A stretch of 64,000 bases of DNA, taken from IMG/VR virus record IMGVR_UViG_3300011115_000874, positions 1-64,000 of that record; one strand, given 5' to 3'. The notes under the pieces were generated by a model. It was not told the origin of the DNA. It saw only the letters and a list, made by a program, of their open reading frames with translations, and did not search any database. Source of the DNA: a virus. The position numbers were made by a program, and so were the translations under genes. Numbering within the stretch: the first letter of the stretch is position 1; every line of letters starts with the position of its first letter. Positions 57,938 to 64,000 of the stretch are shown in pieces.

Positions 57938-58456
57938 TTAACTGATCCTCTCTAGGTACATGTCCCCAAAGATATCATCTATCTCATCACTTATCGAATC
58001 TACATCCAAGCAAACCGCATCCTCGATTTCACTATTGACATTATTAGATAGTGTATTGTTGTCTAACTCCACCTCAATCACATTACTCCAGTTATTCAAC
58101 TCTAGTGTGACCAAGTCATCCGCGTTTAATTCCATATCAGTAACTGCTTTCTTAATTGATTCGATTACTCGTTCTGTCAACCTAGTGGCGAAGTCGATCA
58201 ACTCTGCTTTGGTAAGGTGAACATGTCCCGCGTACTTATCATCCTCTGTTACCATGTACTGGCCATCCACAACTCGGTCCTCTTTACTGAAACCAGCGCT
58301 ATCAAACTCAGGACCTTCGTCTTCCACTTCCACAGGTGACTCATCACATCCGCATCCACAAGCACCATCACTACAGATGGTTTCACCACACACTGCAATT
58401 TCAATTGCGCTAATCTTATCTTTTAACTCCATTAATTGTTCTAATACTGTCTTCAT
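57938..58456 (-). CDS. Highly acidic early protein, paralog of 62924-63268
   Basis: HLTKAELIDFATRL vs TFTKEELIEFTKTI; own promoter. Confidence 0.65.
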   Translation of the reverse strand: MKTVLEQLMELKDKISAIEIAVCGETICSDGACGCGCDESPVEVEDEGPEFDSAGFSKEDRVVDGQYMVTEDDKYAGHVHLTKAELIDFATRLTERVIESIKKAVTDMELNADDLVTLELNNWSNVIEVELDNNTLSNNVNSEIEDAVCLDVDSISDEIDDIFGDMYLERIS

Positions 58457-58518
58457 GTTATCTGTTTTTATTATTGATCTAAATATAACGTCCTAATTCC
58501 CCTAAGCCAAACCTAAGG

Positions 58519-58701
58519 TTATTTAAATCTGTATTTCTTTACCTTATAATCAGTTACTTCTTCATCCACCTCATCCTCCTCATCAACGTCCTTCTGATGA
58601 CTCATCACTCGGTGAACCGCTGTTTCCTCATCTTCAGCATCCACAAAATAAATTCGTTTAATTGTTTTCAAAACTGTTTCTTCTACCTTAAATGTCTTCA
58701 T
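58519..58701 (-). CDS. Small acidic early protein
   Basis: Start reassigned to MKTFKVEE. Confidence 0.65.
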   Translation of the reverse strand: MKTFKVEETVLKTIKRIYFVDAEDEETAVHRVMSHQKDVDEEDEVDEEVTDYKVKKYRFK

Positions 58702-58764
58702 ATGTTTATGTTTTTTAATTATGTCTGAATATAGCATCCCTGTCCCGTTAAGCCAAACAAATGG

Positions 58765-59034
58765 TTAGTTAAGGTAAAACCCAATCTCATGTATTTCATT
58801 CTTAGCGAATGATTTAGCAGAGTCTAGGAAGTGTAGGTGCAAGTGCAAGGCGTTTATGTCGTCCATGATCTCCCTAGTTGGTCTCATATCCAGGTACATC
58901 ATTGAGTTGTGCTCTAGTTCCTGTATCTGTGTTAACGCCTGGCTTATTGACTTATTAGCCATAGCCAATATCTCTAGGACTTGATGTGCCTGTAAGCGTT
59001 CTAATACTTCGTCTGTGTGTTTATTGTAGTCCAT
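58765..59034 (-). CDS. Hypothetical early protein
   Basis: Start reassigned to MDYNKH. Confidence 0.6.
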   Translation of the reverse strand: MDYNKHTDEVLERLQAHQVLEILAMANKSISQALTQIQELEHNSMMYLDMRPTREIMDDINALHLHLHFLDSAKSFAKNEIHEIGFYLN

Positions 59035-59044
59035 GTGTCTATAA

Positions 59045-59254
59045 TTATAGGTTATCAATAAATTCTTGTACTTCTTCAACCAAATTTGCATCATCAATTT
59101 CATATCCATCTTTACTACGTAAAATGAAATCAATACATTTACCATTACTAGAGTCAATAAACTCTTTATACACTAATACTCCTTCCTTTAGATGTTGAAT
59201 AGTGTAAGTGTTTTCAACTACTTGACCCTCAATTTCATGTTTTAATAATTCCAT
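59045..59254 (-). CDS. Hypothetical early protein
   Basis: 69 aa; own promoter. Confidence 0.65.
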   Translation of the reverse strand: MELLKHEIEGQVVENTYTIQHLKEGVLVYKEFIDSSNGKCIDFILRSKDGYEIDDANLVEEVQEFIDNL

Positions 59255-59329
59255 TGTGTTTATGTTTTTTAATTATGGTTAAATATAACATCAATTGTTC
59301 ACAAAGCCAAATAAGGGTGTAAGGGAGTT

Positions 59330-59578
59330 TTAAAATAGAAAATCCTCACCCTCTACAAACCCACTAACATCACCATACTCCCACTCAAATCTCCAAGTCC
59401 CATCTGGTCCTATATGACCAGAAATTAATTTACCATACTTTGAAGTACCATGACTTCGCCAAAATTCTCCTTTAGTAAATTGTCTTTCTCCTTCATGGTC
59501 AAGTAATTTATCTGTAGAACATAATGGTTTATCATACCAATACCACTTAAGTTTGTCAAAATCAATTTTGTTTTTCAT
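59330..59578 (-). CDS. Hypothetical early protein
   Basis: Start reassigned to MKNKIDF (alternative 59584). Confidence 0.65.
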   Translation of the reverse strand: MKNKIDFDKLKWYWYDKPLCSTDKLLDHEGERQFTKGEFWRSHGTSKYGKLISGHIGPDGTWRFEWEYGDVSGFVEGEDFLF

Positions 59579-59638
59579 ATTCATGTTTTTAATTATACCT
59601 GAATATAACATCCATGCTCCGCAGAGCCAAGCAAGGGG

Positions 59639-59869
59639 TTAAACCCCTTTAAAATCAAAATCAATACATCTACCTAACATCATACCATACCCATCATGGC
59701 CTTCTATAAAAATTATATTATTATCATTTAATATCTTTTTACATTTAACCCAATTCACTCTCCCATCAACCCTACAAATTCTAAATCTATCCTTATCATC
59801 CATTCTCATTATAAAAATTCCATCACCACACTTAACAAACATTCCTCTTAACATTTCTAATCTTTCCAT
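59639..59869 (-). CDS. Hypothetical early protein
   Basis: 76 aa; own promoter. Confidence 0.6.
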   Translation of the reverse strand: MERLEMLRGMFVKCGDGIFIMRMDDKDRFRICRVDGRVNWVKCKKILNDNNIIFIEGHDGYGMMLGRCIDFDFKGV

Positions 59870-59962
59870 AATATTACATTTTTTAATTATGGTTAAATAT
59901 AATAAATATTACCCACAAAGCCAAACAATGGTACATGGGTCTTTAAGGAAGGTACATGGAAA

Positions 59963-59991
59963 CAAGGTGGGACCCCGTTGGATCCCACTTG
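59963..59991 (-). terminator. Hairpin, likely terminator
   Basis: GTGGGA..TCCCAC stem with CAAG/CTTG extension. Confidence 0.6.
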
Positions 59992-60015
59992 TAAAAACAC
60001 ACACATGGCTGGGTA

Positions 60016-60225
60016 TTAACCCACTAGCTCGATAGTCTTCATACGACGACGAGACATATTGTACATAGCGTTCGCTACGTCTTGGTTCACCGAACGGTTA
60101 CCATTAATGATGTTTGAAACATGACTGGTAGAATAACCAGTTGCTTCTGCTAGGCGAGCAGTGTCACCTTGTCTTTGACGTGCATTGTAGAACGCCAATT
60201 TTGCTGTACGATTTAATTTACGCAT
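60016..60225 (-). CDS. Cro/C1-type helix-turn-helix protein
   Basis: GDTARLAEATGYSTSHVSNIINGNR. Confidence 0.8.
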   Translation of the reverse strand: MRKLNRTAKLAFYNARQRQGDTARLAEATGYSTSHVSNIINGNRSVNQDVANAMYNMSRRRMKTIELVG

Positions 60226-60292
60226 AACTTTAATTAATTATTTATTTATATCTCAATATACGATAGTACTAGTGATAGAGCAAGCTATCCTT

Positions 60293-60433
60293 AAGAAGGG
60301 GTGAGGCATGAACTGATCAGGTCCATGCCTCGGTTAAGGGAGCTTTGCATCGCTTTCGAATCCCATGAGTAAGTGGTTATTCATCTTCCGGCATACGTTC
60401 CAGTTGATATAGCAGTGCCTACCTGCCTCCCTC
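60293..60433 (-). ncRNA. Putative multibranch non-coding RNA downstream of the tRNAs
   Basis: Hairpins GAGGCATG/CATGCCTC, GGGA/TCCC, ATGAGTAA/TTATTCAT, GGCA/TGCC with closing GAAGGGG/CCCTC. Confidence 0.55.
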
Positions 60434-60451
60434 ATTGTTACCAGATTAAAT

Positions 60452-60486
60452 GTCTCATAATCAACTTAGGCGTCTCATAATCAACT
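60452..60486. repeat. 15-bp direct repeat, period 20
   Basis: GTCTCATAATCAACT at 60452-60466 and 60472-60486, flanked by TACCAG/CTGGTA. Confidence 0.85.
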
Positions 60487-60494
60487 ACTGGTAT

Positions 60495-60569
60495 TGGTTG
60501 CGGGAGGGGGATTCGAACCCTCGACCTCAAGGTTATGAGCCTTGCGAGCTACCACTGCTCTATCCCGCG
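60495..60569 (-). tRNA. Initiator-type tRNA-Met (CAT) with encoded CCA
   Basis: CGCGGGA..CAAGG-CTCATAA-CCTTG..GGTTCGAATCC..CCCGCAACCA; C1:A72 mismatch. Confidence 0.92.
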
Positions 60570-60574
60570 ATATG

Positions 60575-60658
60575 TAGCCGGGGCGGGAATCGAACCCGCA
60601 CACCTGTTAGAGTACAAGATTTTAAGTCTTGCGTGTCTACCTATTTCACCACCCGGCC
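60575..60658 (-). tRNA. tRNA-Leu (TAA)
   Basis: GGCCGGGTGGTGAAATAGGTAGACAC..CAAGA-CTTAAAA-TCTTG, long variable arm, GCGGGTTCGATTCCCGC. Confidence 0.92.
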
Positions 60659-60667
60659 ATTTGAGGC

Positions 60668-60841
60668 TTACGCCTCCGGAGTTGCCTCCGTTTGTTCAAC
60701 CTCGACTTGATCAACCTCAGCCTTAGGCTTAGATGGACGTCCACGTTTAACTGTTCCTCCGTTTGCTGCAACTCGTGCTGCGCGGGCCGCTAGACGTGCT
60801 TGACGTGCGCTACCCTCTACTACTGGTCTTCCTTTTTGCAT
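60668..60841 (-). CDS. AT-hook small protein, 57 aa, not in ORF track
   Basis: MQKGRPVVEGSARQARLAARAARVAANGGTVKRGRPSKPKAEVDQVEVEQTEATPEA; promoter 60873-60904. Confidence 0.7.
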   Translation of the reverse strand: MQKGRPVVEGSARQARLAARAARVAANGGTVKRGRPSKPKAEVDQVEVEQTEATPEA

Positions 60842-60905
60842 AACCTTTATTTATTTGTTTTTATTATTTGATTTAATATAATATCCAATCCTAACATAGC
60901 CAAAC

Positions 60906-61175
60906 TTATTCGTGGATAAGATTCACTTCTTTTACCACTTCTGAAACACTAAACTCTCGTTCCTCAGCCACGGCTATAAGTTGTTGAATCTGTCTTGCGT
61001 CGAAGACGTTATCTGGGTCTAGTACGTCGGTTAAGGCCGTTATAAACGTCTTAAATACCGCATCATCCACATTGTGGTAACTGATAACTCCTTTAATAGT
61101 TCCAATCAACTTACCGTAACGGGCGTGTATTGATTGTTCTGCATCTTTTCCTGGCTCAATGATTAAATTTTTCAT
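60906..61175 (-). CDS. Hypothetical early protein
   Basis: Start reassigned to MKNLIIE. Confidence 0.65.
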   Translation of the reverse strand: MKNLIIEPGKDAEQSIHARYGKLIGTIKGVISYHNVDDAVFKTFITALTDVLDPDNVFDARQIQQLIAVAEEREFSVSEVVKEVNLIHE

Positions 61176-61235
61176 ATATCTGTTTTTAATTATACCTGAA
61201 TATAACATCCCTGTCCCACTAGGCCAAACAAGAGG

Positions 61236-61463
61236 TTACACATTGTAAACCTCTTTTTTATTCACTGACCATATATCTCCATCCTTATCCATACAATGAA
61301 CCGTAGTGGGTCTTACCTTAACTATTTCTCCTACCCAATTTATTTCCCCAAAAAGACCATTTCGGATTAATTCAATTGTGGACCATTTAACTGATTCCCC
61401 TACCTTAAATGAACGTTTTGCTCTTGGTTTTTTAACTGCTGCTGTTTTGATAATCTTTGCCAT
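61236..61463 (-). CDS. Small SH3/KOW-like early protein
   Basis: Start reassigned to MAKIIK; FKVGESVKW..GEIVKV. Confidence 0.6.
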   Translation of the reverse strand: MAKIIKTAAVKKPRAKRSFKVGESVKWSTIELIRNGLFGEINWVGEIVKVRPTTVHCMDKDGDIWSVNKKEVYNV

Positions 61464-61532
61464 GTGTTTATATTTTTTAATTATGATTAAATATAACATC
61501 ATGTTCCCCAGAAGCCAAACATATCTTGACCC

Positions 61533-61673
61533 TCCTATCCGGATCTCCCTACCGGATCCACCTACCCGATAATCCTGCGGCCATAACCGGGCATTAGGCG
61601 GCCTTAGGCGGCCCTCAATGCAATACGTTACCCGATACCCCTAGACCGGGTTAGGCCGGGTCCTAGACCGGGT
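61533..61673. repeat. GC-rich cluster of short direct repeats
   Basis: CCGGATC x2, TACCCGATA x2, tandem TTAGGCGGCC x2 (61594-61613), TAGRCCGGGT x3 (61642-61673). Confidence 0.8.
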
Positions 61674-61688
61674 ATGGATTCTACGCAC

Positions 61689-61718
61689 GAGAAATGGGCA
61701 CGTTTCCGTACCCATCTC
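61689..61718 (-). terminator. Hairpin after the RadA-like gene
   Basis: GAGA-ATGGG-ACG-TTTC-CGT-CCCAT-CTC imperfect stem (GAAA loop on the minus strand). Confidence 0.6.
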
Positions 61719-61741
61719 CCTATAATTAAAAAACACACACT

Positions 61742-62545
61742 TTATTCCTCTTCGTCCGCCTCTGGCAAACTGTACTCTACTTTACTAAACCCAATTCTAT
61801 ATTTGATATACGATTCAGTATCACAATCTCTGTTTTTACTAAAATATACCTTTCTACTATCACTACCTTTAATTCTATCAATATGACACATTGCTTCGGT
61901 CATGTGTTTCAATCTGTTACTACCTGCAAAATCACCTGCTTTAGTTACTTGTTGAATGTTAATGAACGATGTGTACTTTTTTAATTTGTTACCACCTTTC
62001 TTAACAATACATTGTAAATTCAAAAACCATAACTCAGCAGCGCTTTCAGTTGTACGGTAAGTATCTTTATACATTTCAATTACCTCAGCAATACTATCAA
62101 TCGCAATCACATCATAACCTTGGTCGAACACATACTCCATTGTTTCCTTAACTGTCTCAGTGTAATTCTTCAAAAATAATGTCGGTACAACCTTAAAACC
62201 AGGCATACGTTTGCAATATTTGAAGTGACCAATTTCATCCATCTCACCGCTCACAAACAATACCTTTTTACCTCTCGCCGCTAACTTAGATAACATATCT
62301 AATACCACCGTACTCTTACCTGAACCTGGTCCGCCACATATAATCATGTTAACCGCAGGCATTAAACCTTTATCCGTTGATAAAATCGAATCCATCAACG
62401 TTCCAGTTGACATTGGGCGAAATACAGATTCGTTAAACGATAACTCAGAACCTTTAAATATTTGAACTGATTTTGGGTCGAACGCTACTGTCTCTTTAAC
62501 TTTTGGCTTGCGACCTCTTTTCTTTTGCATTACTAAATTTTTCAT
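61742..62545 (-). CDS. RadA/Sms-like RecA-fold ATPase, ATPase domain only
   Basis: GGPGSGKST, FVSGE, IAIDSI, QVTKAGDFAGSNRLKHM, KNR. Confidence 0.8.
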   Translation of the reverse strand: MKNLVMQKKRGRKPKVKETVAFDPKSVQIFKGSELSFNESVFRPMSTGTLMDSILSTDKGLMPAVNMIICGGPGSGKSTVVLDMLSKLAARGKKVLFVSGEMDEIGHFKYCKRMPGFKVVPTLFLKNYTETVKETMEYVFDQGYDVIAIDSIAEVIEMYKDTYRTTESAAELWFLNLQCIVKKGGNKLKKYTSFINIQQVTKAGDFAGSNRLKHMTEAMCHIDRIKGSDSRKVYFSKNRDCDTESYIKYRIGFSKVEYSLPEADEEE

Positions 62546-62610
62546 GTGTGTGTTTTTTATTATGAATTAAATATAACATCCCTTGTCCCGAAGGCCAAAC
62601 AAGTTGTGTA

Positions 62611-62823
62611 TTATTTTTTATTAAGAGAAGTTTTATAATTGTAAACAAAATCTCTCAATGTTTCACCTCGACAGATATCATACCCATTTTTTGCAGTGGT
62701 ATTATTTCTAGTAGCATATTCCTCTAACGCAGCATATGTTTCTGGGTATAATATTGTCTTCCACTCACTCAACTGTGTTTGTTGGATTCGAATACCTTCT
62801 CCTACGGTTAACTTCTTTGCCAT
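62611..62823 (-). CDS. Hypothetical early protein
   Basis: 70 aa; own promoter. Confidence 0.65.
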   Translation of the reverse strand: MAKKLTVGEGIRIQQTQLSEWKTILYPETYAALEEYATRNNTTAKNGYDICRGETLRDFVYNYKTSLNKK

Positions 62824-62882
62824 TGTATTATGTGTTTTTAATTATATCTGAATATAACATCACCTAACCCAAAGGCCAAACA

Positions 62883-62904
62883 GAGGGCACCATTTTGTGC
62901 CCTC
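62883..62904 (-). terminator. Hairpin terminator
   Basis: GAGGGCAC-CATTTT-GTGCCCTC. Confidence 0.7.
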
Positions 62905-62923
62905 CTCTACCTTAAAGGTAATT

Positions 62924-63268
62924 TTACTTACCTAAACCCTCTAATACAGTCTCAACTACACTCTCAACATTCTCATCATCTAATACCCAATCAATACTAT
63001 CTACAACCTCATTTAATACTCTACCTCTACTAACTTTAACTTCAATTCCACCAATTACATCACTCTTTTTAGAGTATAAGGCATTTGTAAAATCAAAATT
63101 ATCCTTTTTACTTAACTCAAACTTCACACCATTTGCAACGGCATTACTAATTGTTTTAGTAAATTCAATTAACTCCTCTTTTGTGAAAGTAACAGTTTCG
63201 TTGTTAATTTCGTTTTCTAATTTAGCAACTTGTGCTTTTAATCCTAACAATTCTGCAATTTTGCTCAT
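62924..63268 (-). CDS. Acidic early protein, paralog of 57938-58456
   Basis: 114 aa; own promoter. Confidence 0.65.
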   Translation of the reverse strand: MSKIAELLGLKAQVAKLENEINNETVTFTKEELIEFTKTISNAVANGVKFELSKKDNFDFTNALYSKKSDVIGGIEVKVSRGRVLNEVVDSIDWVLDDENVESVVETVLEGLGK

Positions 63269-63338
63269 TTTGTTTTTGTTTTTAATTATTATTTTTTTAT
63301 TTGATTAAATATAACATCCATTTCCCACAAAGCCAAAC

Positions 63339-63563
63339 CTAACTTACCCTCTCTAAAAACTCTTCTTTACTAATCTTATTCTTAATAGCCCAAGATGCGG
63401 CATCACAAAAATAACCTTTAAAGAATATAAGATGATTGTATTTAGGTCTATTTATTATTTTAGGGTTAATTTTATAACCTTTTTCTCCAGCTATTTTAGC
63501 TAATAATTTTAACTCAGCTCTATCTTTACAGATAACTCCTTCATAATCTTTAAATTCTTTCAT
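63339..63563 (-). CDS. Hypothetical early protein
   Basis: 74 aa; own promoter. Confidence 0.65.
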   Translation of the reverse strand: MKEFKDYEGVICKDRAELKLLAKIAGEKGYKINPKIINRPKYNHLIFFKGYFCDAASWAIKNKISKEEFLERVS

Positions 63564-63619
63564 GTTTGTGTTTTTTAATTATGACTGAATATAACATCTC
63601 TATTCTACAAAGCCAAACA

Positions 63620-63853
63620 TTACACAATAGTTCTTTTAACTGCTTTATACTCCACTAACTCATAACTTAACCAGTTTAATGGAATTTTTACTTTACCAAA
63701 ATTAATGGCCCCCATATTGGTGTTTGGGTCAAATTCCTCCATTATTTTAGATTTATTACCTACAATTTCTCCTACCTTAAACTCCATATCAAAGTGTTTA
63801 GTTATTTCTTTAACACCTTTTTTACTTAAACCTCTGTTGAAAATCTTTACCAT
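63620..63853 (-). CDS. Hypothetical early protein
   Basis: 77 aa; own promoter. Confidence 0.65.
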   Translation of the reverse strand: MVKIFNRGLSKKGVKEITKHFDMEFKVGEIVGNKSKIMEEFDPNTNMGAINFGKVKIPLNWLSYELVEYKAVKRTIV

Positions 63854-64000
63854 TTTTATGTGTTTTTAATTATGACTGAATATAACATCAATGTTCGGCG
63901 AAGCCAAACAAAGTGGTGAGGGAGTTTAAATACTCACCTCACACACCACATAATCTAACTCCTCACCTTCCTCATCTTCACATGGGAACCCACTATCCTC

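Larger units (their letters stand above)
3552..63908 (-). promoter_or_regulatory. Dispersed Bacteroidota-type sigma70 promoters, TTTGGC(N~18)TATATT(T/C)A, 29 copies
   Basis: 32-bp units starting at 3552, 6631, 7869, 9881, 26040, 27789, 42620 (plus strand), 48232, 49465, 51617, 51855, 54451, 55801, 56709, 57840, 58480, 58726, 59280, 59600, 59894, 60253, 60873, 61197, 61488, 62568, 62849, 63306, 63586, 63877; each just upstream of a gene and co-oriented; matches the -33 TTTG / -7 TAnnTTTG architecture. Confidence 0.85.

Noticed and set aside
60661-60712. Two neat hairpins (GAGGC/GCCTC, CGGAG/CTCCG) as a separate ncRNA
   Set aside because: They overlap the 3' end of the 57-aa AT-hook ORF; more simply mRNA-end or processing structures
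56685-61502. Shared N-terminal peptide MLYSGIIKN on several early ORFs (56723, 58737, 59611, 61208, 61502)
   Set aside because: It is the translation of the promoter repeat GATGTTATATTCAGGTATAATTAAAAA; true starts lie downstream
773-61886. Plus-strand ORFs in the track other than 42668-42997
   Set aside because: They are antisense shadows of well-supported minus-strand genes or tRNAs, with no promoter or leader motifs
55801-63908. CRISPR-like array from the recurring repeat
   Set aside because: Repeats are degenerate and bipartite, spacing is hundreds of bases and contains ORFs, and no cas genes are present
1-64000. Stop-codon reassignment
   Set aside because: Core genes are full length in the standard code and coding density is high; no fragmentation at TAG or TGA

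Overview
AT-rich 64 kb segment of a large lytic myovirus genome with T4-like core genes, almost entirely encoded on the minus strand. The host is inferred to be Bacteroidota from 29 copies of a TTTG-N20-TATATT(T/C)A promoter and A-rich leaders that mostly lack Shine-Dalgarno sequences. From left to right the window holds: portal (partial) and terminase large subunit; a MoxR-type AAA ATPase/VWA-metallopeptidase pair, a GIY-YIG endonuclease and an FAD oxidoreductase; a 10-26 kb block of acidic, modular proteins, many starting MIKLxxLLxE, that look like capsid-targeted internal proteins carrying enzyme domains; primase and a PD-(D/E)XK nuclease; a baseplate/tail module (gp6-, gp25-, wedge- and spike-like genes); a gp55-like sigma factor, an HD hydrolase and a holin; four canonical tRNAs plus three tRNA-like RNAs with normal acceptor and T arms but aberrant cores; and an early region (about 54-64 kb) built as an array of one-promoter, one-small-gene cassettes with several structured non-coding RNA candidates. 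The strongest candidate novelties are the shared N-terminal leader on unrelated cargo enzymes, the family of tRNA-like RNAs, and 3' trailers complementary to 5' leaders that could fold mRNAs into end-paired panhandles. All product calls come from motif recognition by eye; no searches were run.
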